A stretch of DNA of 64,000 nt from assembly GCA_036499545.1 (NCBI GenBank), contig DASYDR010000095.1, positions 396 through 64,395 of the forward strand, written 5' to 3'. The position numbers and the translations under genes are program-made. Numbering within the stretch: the first letter of the stretch is position 1; each line of letters opens with the position of its first letter. The stretch comes from Roseomonas sp. GTDB lineage: Bacteria; Pseudomonadota; Alphaproteobacteria; Acetobacterales; Acetobacteraceae. The notes below the pieces were generated by a model. It did no database searches and was not told where the DNA came from. It worked only from the letters and a program-made list of their open reading frames with translations. This document shows, piece by piece, positions 55,653 to 64,000 of this stretch.

Positions 55653-56762
55653 ATGAAGATCACCGATGTCACCCTCACGCTCTTCGCGTGGAAGGGCATT
55701 CCGCCGATCACCTATGGCGCGCATACCGCCCGCGGCAATGGCGAGAGCCAGCTCGGCCTGCTGGCGATCGAGACCGATGCGGGCGTCACCGGCCACGCCT
55801 TCCTCGGCAGCTCCCGCAACAGCGCCGAGAGCGAGGCGAGCACGGTGATCACCGCGCTGAAGCCGCTGCTGATCGGCGAGGATCCCTTCGCCCGGGAGAA
55901 GCTGAACAGGAAGCTCTGGACCCGCGTCCGGCAATCGACCACGCGCGCCATCGGCGCCTGCGACATCGCGCTCTGGGATCTGGCCGGCAAGGCGCTCGGC
56001 GTGCCGGTCTTCAACCTGCTCGGCAAGTGCCGCGATGCCATCCCCGCCTATGCCAGCTCCGCCGTGCTGTCCTCGCCGGAAGCCTATGCCGAGGAAGCGG
56101 TGCGCTACCGGGATGCCGGCTGGGCCGCCTACAAGATCCATCCGCCGCAGAAGCTGCAGGAAGACATCGCGATCTGCCGCGCGGTGCGCAAGGCGGTCGG
56201 CGACGAGTTCCGTCTCATGCTCGACAGCACCTGGGGCTATGATTTCCCCACCGCGCTGCGCGTCGGCAAGGTGATCGAGGAGCTGAACTTCTACTGGTAC
56301 GAAGATCCGCTGCACGACCAGGATGTCTACAACTACGTCAAGCTGCGCCAGGCGCTGCGGATCCCGTTGCTGGCGACGGAATATCCGATGGGCGGGCTCG
56401 ACGGCTATGCGCAGTGGATCATGAACCGCGCGACCGATTACCTGCGCGGCGACGTGACGGTGAAGGGCGGCATCACCACGGTGGTGAAGACCGCGCATCT
56501 CGCCGAGGCGTTCCGCATGAACTACGAAATCCACCACGCCGGCAATTCGCTGAACAACCTGGCGAACCTGCACATCGCCATGTCGATCCCGAACACCGAA
56601 TTCTTCGAGGTGCTGCTGCCGGCCGACGCCCAGAAATACGGGCTGATCGAGGACATCGAGATCGGCGCCGACGGCATGGTGCGGGCGCCGGACAAGCCCG
56701 GCCTCGGCGCCGAGATCGACTTCGCCCTGATCGAGCGCAACAAGGTGGCAGTGCTGCGCTGA
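55653..56762 (+). CDS. Mandelate racemase/muconate lactonizing enzyme family protein
   Basis: AIGACDIALWDLAGKALGVPVFNLLG, YKIH, LMLDS, WYEDP, ATE, EIHH. Confidence 0.9.
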   Translation: MKITDVTLTLFAWKGIPPITYGAHTARGNGESQLGLLAIETDAGVTGHAFLGSSRNSAESEASTVITALKPLLIGEDPFAREKLNRKLWTRVRQSTTRAIGACDIALWDLAGKALGVPVFNLLGKCRDAIPAYASSAVLSSPEAYAEEAVRYRDAGWAAYKIHPPQKLQEDIAICRAVRKAVGDEFRLMLDSTWGYDFPTALRVGKVIEELNFYWYEDPLHDQDVYNYVKLRQALRIPLLATEYPMGGLDGYAQWIMNRATDYLRGDVTVKGGITTVVKTAHLAEAFRMNYEIHHAGNSLNNLANLHIAMSIPNTEFFEVLLPADAQKYGLIEDIEIGADGMVRAPDKPGLGAEIDFALIERNKVAVLR

Positions 56763-57803
56763 TCAGGTCTCGTCGGCCGGGAAGCGGCTCAGCGCGGCGC
56801 GGAACTGCGCCGCGCAGGCTTCCCAGGAGAATGTCTCGGCATGCCGCCGCGCCGCGGCGCGGTCGCAGTCGAGTGCCTTCAGGCAGGCGGCGCGCAGATC
56901 CTCATCCAGCGCGCCGACCCGGGGATCGGTCACCACGTCGAGCGGCCCGGTCACCGGATAGGCGGCGACCGGCGTGCCGGACGCCAGCGCTTCCAGCAGC
57001 ACCAGCCCGAAGGTGTCCGTGCGAGACGGGAAGACGAAGACATCGGCGCCGGCATAGCTGCGGGCCAGCGTGCCATTGTCCCGCCAGCCGGTGAAATGCA
57101 CCTTGGGGAAGCGGGCCATCAGTGCCAGGCGTTGCGGTCCGTCGCCCACCACCACCTTGGTGCCGGGCAGGTCGAGTTGCAGGAAGGCCGCGATGTTCTT
57201 CTCGATGGCGACGCGGCCGGCATAGAGGAAGATCGGCCGCGGCAGGCCTTCGAAGGGGTCGCGCGTATTGGGGTTGAAGCGCGCCAGGTCGACGCCGCGG
57301 GTCCAGGGCCGCACCTTGGTGAAGCCGCGGGAGGCGAGTTCGTCGCGCAATGTCTGGGTCGCCGCCAAGGTCGCTTCCCCGGCCTGGTGGAAGCGCCGCA
57401 TCATCGACCAGGACAGCCGGGTCGGGATGCGCGTCCGGGCATGGACGTATTCGGGGAATTTCGTGTGGTAGGCGGTGGTGAACGGCCAGCCGTGCCGGCG
57501 GCAGATGCGCCGCATCGCCCAGCCGAGCGGCCCTTCCGTCGCGATGTGCACGGCACAGGGCATGAAGGCCCGCGCGATCGCCTCCAGCTTCCGGCGCGGG
57601 AACAGCGCGAGGCGGATTTCCTTGTAGCCCGGCGTCGCCATGCTGCGGAACCGGTCCGGGCCCACCACCTCCACCACATCGCCCTGCTGGCGCAGGATGT
57701 CGGTGACCAGAGTCAGGGTGCGCACCACGCCGTTCACCTGCGGGTGCCAGGCGTCGGAGACGATCAGCAGGCGGAGCGGCGCCGCCTCGGCCAGCCCGGT
57801 CAC
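56763..57803 (-). CDS. Glycosyltransferase family 4 (Agt-like glycolipid synthase)
   Basis: LLIVSDAWHPQVNGVVRT, VHIATEGPLG, FTTAYHTKFPEY, YAGRVAIEKN, FVFPSRTDTFGLVLLEALASG. The GTG start overlaps the upstream TGA. Confidence 0.88.
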   Translation of the reverse strand: MTGLAEAAPLRLLIVSDAWHPQVNGVVRTLTLVTDILRQQGDVVEVVGPDRFRSMATPGYKEIRLALFPRRKLEAIARAFMPCAVHIATEGPLGWAMRRICRRHGWPFTTAYHTKFPEYVHARTRIPTRLSWSMMRRFHQAGEATLAATQTLRDELASRGFTKVRPWTRGVDLARFNPNTRDPFEGLPRPIFLYAGRVAIEKNIAAFLQLDLPGTKVVVGDGPQRLALMARFPKVHFTGWRDNGTLARSYAGADVFVFPSRTDTFGLVLLEALASGTPVAAYPVTGPLDVVTDPRVGALDEDLRAACLKALDCDRAAARRHAETFSWEACAAQFRAALSRFPADET

Positions 57804-58633
57804 GCGATTTCCGGCAGTACGGCGCGTTCGCGTGCCGCGGGGCGGCGGGCGGTGAAGGTCAGGCGGTTCTCGGCCGCCCAATCCACCAGCTCGAAGCGGC
57901 CATCGGCGTGTTCGACCAGCGCGGTGCAGCTTTCCACCCAGTCGCCGTCATTCATGTAGGCGATGCCCTGGATGCTGCGCATCTCGGCATGGTGGATATG
58001 GCCGCAGACCACGCCGTCCAGGCCGCGCCGCCGGGCTTCGTTGGCCAGCGCGGTCTCGAAGCGGTCGATCGCCTTCACCGCTTCCTTCACCTGGCGCTTC
58101 AGCCACTGCGACAGCGACCAGTAGGGATAGCCGAGCTTCCGGCGCGCCGCGTTGAACCAAGTGTTGAGCCAGAGCGCCCAGTCATAGGCCCAGTCGCCGA
58201 GATGGGCGAGGAACTTGGCGTAACGGATGACACCGTCGAATTCGTCGCCGTGCATGACGAGGTAGCGACGCCCGTCGGCCGCGGTGTGCACCGCTTCCTT
58301 CTGCAGCCTGACGCCACCGATCTCGAGACCGAGGCCGAGCCAGTCGCGGAACATCTCGTCGTGATTGCCGGGGATGTAGGTGACGGCGGTGCCGTTGCGC
58401 GCCATCGAGAGGATCAGGCGGATCGCCTCGTTGTGGTCGGCGTCCCAGTACCAGGATTTGCGGAGCCGCCAGCCATCGACGATGTCGCCGACGAGGTAGA
58501 GCTGCTCGCATTCCATCTGGCGCAGGAAGTCCACCAGGTAGTCACTGCGGCAACCGCGGGTTCCGAGATGGGTGTCCGAAATAAAAACAGTGCGGTATCG
58601 GCGCTTCGCATCGGTCGTCGGCGTGACTTGCAT
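57800..58633 (-). CDS. plcP: Metallophosphoesterase, PlcP-like phospholipase C (annotated UDP-2,3-diacylglucosamine hydrolase family)
   Basis: FISDTHLG, LVGDIVDGW, YIPGNHD, HGDEFD, VCGHIHH, NDGDWVESCTA. GNHD rather than the LpxH GNRD. Confidence 0.72.
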   Translation of the reverse strand: MQVTPTTDAKRRYRTVFISDTHLGTRGCRSDYLVDFLRQMECEQLYLVGDIVDGWRLRKSWYWDADHNEAIRLILSMARNGTAVTYIPGNHDEMFRDWLGLGLEIGGVRLQKEAVHTAADGRRYLVMHGDEFDGVIRYAKFLAHLGDWAYDWALWLNTWFNAARRKLGYPYWSLSQWLKRQVKEAVKAIDRFETALANEARRRGLDGVVCGHIHHAEMRSIQGIAYMNDGDWVESCTALVEHADGRFELVDWAAENRLTFTARRPAARERAVLPEIA

Positions 58634-58735
58634 GAATCCGGCCCTGAAGCGCCCGACCTGCTCCGCGAATCGAAGCGCGCCGGCGGCGTCTGATCTGCGT
58701 TCGCGTGGAGATATCCTCAACCTGGCGTGTGGCGC

Positions 58736-58753
58736 ATGAATCCTGGATGAAAC
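58736..58753 (-). promoter_or_regulatory. Candidate Pho box for plcP-GT4
   Basis: Minus strand GTTTCAT-ccag-GATTCAT, with 11-bp periodic TCAT. Confidence 0.45.
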
Positions 58754-58832
58754 CCCACAATTTACTGCAGTCATGCTATGGAAGCGTTTCCGACACGAAA
58801 CCGTCACCAACCGCTGCGAGAAGCCGCCCATC

Positions 58833-59702
58833 ATGCTCGTCGTCTTCAACCCCGCTGCCGGCGCCCGCCGCCGCCGCCGCCTGACGCGGGCGATGGACAC
58901 GCTGCTCGGCCTCGGCCTGCGGCCCGAACTCGCCGAGACCACCGGCCCCGGCGATGCCGAGCGCCTGGCGCGCGACGGCGCGGCGCGCGGCGTGCCGATG
59001 GTGATCGCGGCCGGCGGCGACGGCACGATCGCCGAAGTCGCCAGCGGCATCGCCGGCAGCGATGCGGCGCTCGGCGTATTGCCGCTCGGCACCGCCAATG
59101 TGCTCGCCTGGGAGCTTGGCTTGCCGATGCGGCCGGAAGCCGCCGCCGGCCGCCTGGCGCAGGGCCGCATGGTGGAGCTGCGGCCGGGCATGGCCCGCTT
59201 CGGTGACGGCCGCGCGCGGCTTTTCGTGCAGATGCTGGGCGCGGGTTTCGACGCGGCGGTGGTCGCCAATCTCGATCTCGGCCTGAAGCGCCGCATCGGC
59301 CGCGCCGCCTATGTCTGGCAGACCATCCGCGAATTGCCGCGCTACCCCTTCGCGCCGATTCAGGTGACGCTCGACGGCGTCGCCCATGCCGCGACCAGCG
59401 CCATCATCACCAAGGGCCGCCTCTATGCCGGCCGCTACCGCCTGGCGCCGGAAGCGAAGCAGGGCGAGCCCGGCTTCCATGTCGCGCTGTTCTCCGCGCA
59501 GGGACCGGTCTCGACCGCGCTGCTCGGCGCCGCGCTGCCGCTGAACCTGCTGTCGCGCATGCCGGGCGTCCGGCTGCTGCGCGCGGCGCAGGTGGAACTG
59601 ATGGCCGAAGGCGTGCCGGTACAGGCCGATGGCGACAAGGCCGGGACACTGCCCGTCATGGTCACCGACATGCCGGGGCCGCTGCGGCTGATCGGCGCCT
59701 GA
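58833..59702 (+). CDS. Diacylglycerol kinase family lipid kinase (YegS/DAGK)
   Basis: VFNPAAG, IAAGGDGTIAEV, LPLGTANVLA, GAGFDA, VQADG. Confidence 0.9.
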   Translation: MLVVFNPAAGARRRRRLTRAMDTLLGLGLRPELAETTGPGDAERLARDGAARGVPMVIAAGGDGTIAEVASGIAGSDAALGVLPLGTANVLAWELGLPMRPEAAAGRLAQGRMVELRPGMARFGDGRARLFVQMLGAGFDAAVVANLDLGLKRRIGRAAYVWQTIRELPRYPFAPIQVTLDGVAHAATSAIITKGRLYAGRYRLAPEAKQGEPGFHVALFSAQGPVSTALLGAALPLNLLSRMPGVRLLRAAQVELMAEGVPVQADGDKAGTLPVMVTDMPGPLRLIGA

Positions 59703-59711
59703 TATCGGCGG

Positions 59712-59872
59712 TCAGGCCCCGCGGCCGGAGGCCGCCACCTGCTTCTGCGGAGCGGGGCGATGCTCCGGGGCCGCAAATGCGGCCCCGCGCGCGACCGACC
59801 TCAGCCATCCATGTTCCGCCGACAGCGCGTCAGCCAAGCCGGCGCATGCCGGCGCCCGGCGCCTCAGGGCAC
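59712..59872. repeat. Dispersed multi-hairpin intergenic element, copy 2
   Basis: Homologous to 38656-38830, same orientation, located between convergent dagK and nudL. Confidence 0.8.
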
Positions 59873-59882
59873 CTGGCGACTC

Positions 59883-60470
59883 TCAGTCCCGCAGCAGCTT
59901 CGACAGGTTGACCAGGATCGCGGCCGTCGCGCCCCAGATGTAGTGGCGCTCATGCGGGATCACCCAGAATTCCCGGGTGCGGCCCTTGAATTCCCGCTTC
60001 TGGCGTTGCGCCAGGCCGGGGCGCAGCAGGGCCGCCAGCGGGTATTCGAAGATCTCGGCGACCTCCGCCGGTTCCGGCGTCAGGGTCAGCGGCACCGGCA
60101 CCAGCGCCACCACCGGCGTCACGTGGAAGCCGGTGCCGGTGCGGTGCTCCGGCAGGCGGCCGATCAGTTCCGGCTGGCGGGGGTCGAGCCCCACTTCTTC
60201 CGCCGCCTCGCGCAGCGCCGCCGCCTCCGGCGTCTCCTCCGCCTCGATGCGGCCGCCGGGGAAGCTCACCTGCCCGGCATGGGACGACATGGCGGCCGCC
60301 CGCAAGGTCAGCATGACCGTCGGCGCATCGTGCAGGATGATCGGCACCAGCACCGCGGCCTGCGTGCGGCGCTCCGGCATCAGGTCCTGGGCATCGTCGC
60401 TGCCGGTGGGCGCGATCCTGTCGCGGCGGGCGGGGTCCGCCAGCCGGGCCGCGATCTCGACCGGGGTCAA
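59883..60470 (-). CDS. nudL: CoA pyrophosphatase (NudL/YeaB Nudix)
   Basis: AAVLVPI, LTLRAAAMSSHAGQVSFPGGR, AALREAAEEVG (Nudix box), TGFHVTPVV, IWGATA. The TTG start overlaps the DUF1285 stop. Confidence 0.9.
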   Translation of the reverse strand: MTPVEIAARLADPARRDRIAPTGSDDAQDLMPERRTQAAVLVPIILHDAPTVMLTLRAAAMSSHAGQVSFPGGRIEAEETPEAAALREAAEEVGLDPRQPELIGRLPEHRTGTGFHVTPVVALVPVPLTLTPEPAEVAEIFEYPLAALLRPGLAQRQKREFKGRTREFWVIPHERHYIWGATAAILVNLSKLLRD

Positions 60471-61075
60471 ACCGCGGCCTGCCCGGCGAGTTCCGGCGGC
60501 ACCTCGTCGATCGGGAAGAACACGCCTTCGCTCCAGACGCCGAGCACCCGGCGCGCATCCACCTCTTCGGTCTCCGCCAGCGCCACCAGCTCATAGAAGA
60601 CGGCGCGCGCGATCCGCGCCTCGAGGCCAGGGCGCACCGTGACATAGGGCCGCGGCTCCCGCGTCACCGGGCAGATCGCGACCCGGATCGGATGCGCCTG
60701 GTTGGCGGTGACCATTTCGTCGAGATTGGTCCGGAAGGTCAGGCATTGCTGCGGCTTGCCGGTCTCGGCGCAGGCGCAGTCGCGCCAGAACAGCTCGACC
60801 GCGACGAAGGGTGCATCCTCCACATCGATGCGGCCCCGCTCCACCGGGGTTTCCAGCACGTAGCCGCCATCCTCCTCCCGCTTCAGCACCGAGGCGAAGA
60901 GGGAGACGAGCTCCTTCCGGCCGATCGGGCTGCCGCGGTAGTACCAGGTGCCGTCGCGGCCGATGCGGATCGCGAAGTCGCCGCAGTCGACCTTCGGGCG
61001 CCGTCCGGGCCGCGGGCCCATCACGGAGCCTCCATCGACACCATTCGTCGCTTTCTCCGCGCGCTCTCCGGTCAT
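60467..61075 (-). CDS. DUF1285 family protein
   Basis: IRIGRDGTWYYRGSPIGRKELVSLFASVL, Y.LETPVE...I.VEDAPFVAV, FRTNLDE.V, PYV.VR.GLEA.IAR.VFYELV. Confidence 0.88.
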   Translation of the reverse strand: MTGERAEKATNGVDGGSVMGPRPGRRPKVDCGDFAIRIGRDGTWYYRGSPIGRKELVSLFASVLKREEDGGYVLETPVERGRIDVEDAPFVAVELFWRDCACAETGKPQQCLTFRTNLDEMVTANQAHPIRVAICPVTREPRPYVTVRPGLEARIARAVFYELVALAETEEVDARRVLGVWSEGVFFPIDEVPPELAGQAAV

Positions 61076-61197
61076 AGGCTTCACTTCATTCTGGCCGCCG
61101 TGCCGGAAACCGGCGGGCGGGGGCTGGGTGACAGGCGCTGGTTCCGAAGCCGGGCTCGGCGATCGGCTTCGCCCCCTAGTATGGGAAGAAGGAAGGC

Positions 61198-62202
61198 ATG
61201 GTTGAAGTGGCGGAAATGACCGATCCCGCATCCCTCGTCGCCGAGGCGGAGGCGCTGGGCGCCCGGCTGACCCGCGCGCGGGAAGCGGTAGGCCGGGTCA
61301 TCTTCGGCCAGGACCAGGTCGTGGAACGCACCCTGATCACGCTGCTGTCGGGCGGGCATGTGCTGCTGGTGGGCGTCCCCGGCCTCGGCAAGACCAAGCT
61401 GGTGGAAACGCTCGGCGCCGTGATGGGCCTCGATGCCCGCCGGGTGCAGTTCACGCCGGACCTGATGCCCGCCGACATCCTGGGCTCGGAAGTGCTGGAA
61501 GAAGGCGCCGATGGCCGCCGCGCCTTCCGCTTCCTGAAGGGCCCCGTCTTCTGCCAGCTGCTGATGGCGGACGAGATCAACCGCGCCAGCCCGCGTACCC
61601 AGTCGGCGCTGCTGCAGGCGATGCAGGAGCACAAGGTGGCGGTCGGCGGCGTCATCCACCCGCTGCCGGCGCCGTTTCACGTGTTGGCCACCCAGAACCC
61701 GATCGAGCAGGAAGGCACCTATCCGCTGCCGGAAGCCCAGCTCGACCGCTTCCTGCTGGAGGTCGAGGTCGGCTACCCGGATGAGGCGGCGGAACGCGCC
61801 ATGCTGCTGGCCACCACCGGCGCCGAGGAAGCCCGGCCGCAGCCGGCGATGTCCGGGGCCGAGCTGCTGGCCGCCCAGGCGCTGATCCGCCGCATGCCGG
61901 TGGGTGAGCAGGTGCTGGACGCCATCCTGAAGCTGGTGCGCGGCGCCCGGCCGGAGACCACGGGGATCGACGCGGTGCGCAGGCATCTCGCCTGGGGCCC
62001 GGGCCCGCGCGCCGCCCAGGCGCTGATGCTGGCGACCCGGGCGCGGGCGGTGCTGGACGGGCGGCTGGCGCCGTCGGTCGAGGATGTGGCCGACCTGGCG
62101 GAGCCGGTGCTGCGCCATCGCATGGCATTGAATTTTTCGGCCCGGGCCGATGGCGTGACGCTCGCCGACGTGATCGGCGCGCTGAAGGCGAGCATCGCCT
62201 GA
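61198..62202 (+). CDS. MoxR-family AAA+ ATPase
   Basis: GVPGLGKT, VQFTPDLMPADILG, LMADEINRASPRTQSALLQAMQE, LATQNPIEQEGTYPLPEAQLDRF. Confidence 0.95.
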   Translation: MVEVAEMTDPASLVAEAEALGARLTRAREAVGRVIFGQDQVVERTLITLLSGGHVLLVGVPGLGKTKLVETLGAVMGLDARRVQFTPDLMPADILGSEVLEEGADGRRAFRFLKGPVFCQLLMADEINRASPRTQSALLQAMQEHKVAVGGVIHPLPAPFHVLATQNPIEQEGTYPLPEAQLDRFLLEVEVGYPDEAAERAMLLATTGAEEARPQPAMSGAELLAAQALIRRMPVGEQVLDAILKLVRGARPETTGIDAVRRHLAWGPGPRAAQALMLATRARAVLDGRLAPSVEDVADLAEPVLRHRMALNFSARADGVTLADVIGALKASIA

Positions 62203-63062
62203 GTACCGTCACGGCCTTCCGGGACGCCAACCGCGCGGAGGCGCTGGGCGCCCGGCTGCCGCCGCTGGTCGTGCAGGCGGAACGGGTCGCGGCCACGGTC
62301 ATGCAGGGCGTGCACGGGCGCCGCCGCTCCGGCCAGGGCGACGCCTTCTGGCAGTTCCGCCCCTTCCTGACCGGCGACGCCGCCGCCCGCATCGACTGGC
62401 GCCAGAGCGCCAAATCCGACCGCCTCTTCATCCGGGAGACGGAATGGGAAGCGGCGCAGACCGTGGCGGTCTGGCGTGACGCCTCCGCCTCCATGGCCTG
62501 GCATTCCGGCCTGGCCACGGTCGAGAAACTGGCGCGGGCGGAGCTGCTGCTGCTGGCGCTCGCCGCGTTGCTGCTGCGCGGCGGCGAAAGGGTGCGGCTG
62601 CTGGGCGCCGGGCGGCGCAGCTTCGCCGGCCGCGGCGCCCTGGTGCCGCTGGCCGAAGCCTTGGGCCGCGCCACGCCGCCGCCCGCGGATGCGGAGGTCC
62701 CGCGCCATGCCCGGGTGGTACTGATCGGCGATTTCCTGGATCCGCTGGGGGAGACCAGCCGCGCGGTCGCAGCGCTGGCGGCGCGCCCGGTCCGGGGCCA
62801 TCTGTTGCAGGTGCTCGATCCCGCCGAGGAAAGCCTGCCCTATGCCGGGCGCATCCGCTTCGAGGGGGTGGAGGGCGCGGAACACGCGCTTCTTCCCCGT
62901 GTCGAAGGCGTGCGCGCGCTCTATGCCGAACGGCTGGCCGCGCATCGCGACGGGCTGAAGGCCATCTGCGGCGCCGCCGGCTGGGGCTTCGCCCTGCACC
63001 ACACGGACCAGCCGCCGGAGGCCGCGCTGCTGGCGCTGCACCAGGCGCTGGCGCCCGGCTGA
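62199..63062 (+). CDS. DUF58 (VWA-like) protein
   Basis: HGRRRSGQGDAFWQFRPF..GD..RIDWRQSAKSD.LFIRETEWE, VWRDASASM, LQVLDPAEE..PY.GR.RFEG. Start proposed at CTG 62199; the first conventional start is GTG 62271. Confidence 0.85.
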   Translation: MSTVTAFRDANRAEALGARLPPLVVQAERVAATVMQGVHGRRRSGQGDAFWQFRPFLTGDAAARIDWRQSAKSDRLFIRETEWEAAQTVAVWRDASASMAWHSGLATVEKLARAELLLLALAALLLRGGERVRLLGAGRRSFAGRGALVPLAEALGRATPPPADAEVPRHARVVLIGDFLDPLGETSRAVAALAARPVRGHLLQVLDPAEESLPYAGRIRFEGVEGAEHALLPRVEGVRALYAERLAAHRDGLKAICGAAGWGFALHHTDQPPEAALLALHQALAPG

Positions 63063-64000
63063 TGCTGAGCCTCGGACCCTTTGCCTTCGCGGCGCCCTGG
63101 CTGCTGGCGGCGCTCGTCGCGCTGCCGGTGCTGTTCTGGCTGCTGCGCGTCACGCCACCGGCCGCCAAGCGCCAGAGCTTCCCGGCCATCCGCCTGCTGC
63201 GCGACCTGCCGCGGACGGAGGAGACCCCGGCCCGCACGCCCTGGTGGCTGCTGCTGCTGCGCGTCCTGGCCGCGGCGCTGATCATCCTTGGCCTGTCGCG
63301 CCCGATCTGGCAGCCGGGGGCGGCGGCCGGCGGCGCCGGCCCGCTGCTGATCGTGATGGATGACGGCTGGGCATCGGCCGCCGACTGGCCGGCCCGCGCC
63401 GCCTCCGCCAGCACCGCGCTGGACGTGGCGGGGCGGGAAGGGCGGCGCATCGCCCTGCTGGCCACCGCCCCGTCGGAAACCGGGGAAGCGCCGCGCGTCT
63501 CCGGCCTGATGCCGGCCGAGGAGGCGCGGGCGCGCCTCGCGGCGCTGCGGCCGAAGCCCTGGGCACCGGATCGCGCCGCGGCCCTGGCGGCGCTGGCCGA
63601 ATTCCGCGGCCGCAACCCCGGCCCCTTCGCCGCCCACTACGTCACCGATGGTGTCGCGCATGCCGAAGCCGATGCTGCACCCTTCATGGCGGCGCTGGCC
63701 GAAGGCGGCGCGCTGACCGTGGCGCGGGCCGAGGCGGCGCCCGCCCGGATGCTGCTGCCGCCGCGCGCCGAGGCCGATCGGCTCACGCTCCATGTCGCGC
63801 AACTGCCGCTGCCTGCCGCCACCACTGCGACCGTGCTGGCGCGCACCGGTGATGGCCGCACCCTGGCCAGCGCGCCGGTAGCTCTTCCGGCCGGTGCCGG
63901 CGAAGGGGAAGCGGTGCTGGACCTGCCGATCGAGATCCGCAACCAGATCGTGCGGCTCGACCTTGAACCCGAAGCCGGCGCCGCCGGCGTGGTGCTGCTG
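63062..64000 (+). CDS. BatA-domain (DUF4159-type) membrane protein, truncated by the right edge
   Basis: Not in the ORF track. MLSLGPFAFAAPWLLAALVALPVLFWLLRVTPP..QSFPAIRLL..EETPARTPWWLLLLRVLAAALIILGLSRP..LLIVMDDGWASA. TGATG overlap with DUF58. Confidence 0.88.
   Translation, partial: MLSLGPFAFAAPWLLAALVALPVLFWLLRVTPPAAKRQSFPAIRLLRDLPRTEETPARTPWWLLLLRVLAAALIILGLSRPIWQPGAAAGGAGPLLIVMDDGWASAADWPARAASASTALDVAGREGRRIALLATAPSETGEAPRVSGLMPAEEARARLAALRPKPWAPDRAAALAALAEFRGRNPGPFAAHYVTDGVAHAEADAAPFMAALAEGGALTVARAEAAPARMLLPPRAEADRLTLHVAQLPLPAATTATVLARTGDGRTLASAPVALPAGAGEGEAVLDLPIEIRNQIVRLDLEPEAGAAGVVLL

Noticed and set aside
53556-56573. 1005-aa minus-strand ORF, and similar long ORFs such as 9168..11999, 18602..21193, 38890..41238 and 47959..50088
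   Set aside because: They lie antisense or out of frame to well-supported genes, show no recognisable motifs, and are the stop-poor shadow frames expected at this GC content.
57800-58633. Calling the gene lpxH (lipid A synthesis)
   Set aside because: The GNHD motif, coupling to a GT4 and Pho-like boxes fit PlcP better. Many alphaproteobacteria use LpxI for this step.

Overview
High-GC chromosomal window whose gene content suggests an alphaproteobacterium, probably Acetobacteraceae/Roseomonas-like (inference). It is densely coding. I see no rRNA, tRNA, CRISPR array, integrase or transposase. Left to right it holds: an OmpR-type response regulator (cut by the edge); AraC plus a hydroxamate-siderophore uptake operon (TBDT-fhuD-fhuB-[SyrD/PvdE/YojI-type exporter]-fhuC); a ~12 kb catabolic island (two family-5 SBPs, amidase, class III aminotransferase, Bug SBP, 3-hydroxyacyl-CoA dehydrogenase, GntR, and an Ntn-acylase closely resembling cephalosporin acylase AcyII) with an inserted parDE module; pfpI, sdaA, a LuxR-type regulator, Bug, LLM monooxygenase, DUF1428, VOC, SBP and a glycine-zipper lipoprotein; bdh/patatin/adc; pit; Bug; exbB-exbD-tonB; olsA-like acyltransferase, miaB-phoH-ybeY-corC-lnt and an XRE regulator; chaC and DUF2125; hemP-hmuSTUV; an M23 peptidase; an IlvD/Edd-family dehydratase and an enolase-superfamily enzyme; a GT4/PlcP-like/DAGK lipid locus; nudL and DUF1285; and moxR-DUF58-BatA (cut by the edge). 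The strongest signals not in the ORF track are non-coding. A GATATATC palindrome recurs in three divergent promoters of the catabolic island and outlines a GntR regulon around the AcyII-like acylase. There are three Fur-type boxes, 11-bp-periodic Pho boxes at pit, olsA and plcP, two EcfG-like promoters, and two families of dispersed structured repeats. All family assignments come from motif recognition and memory, not database searches.
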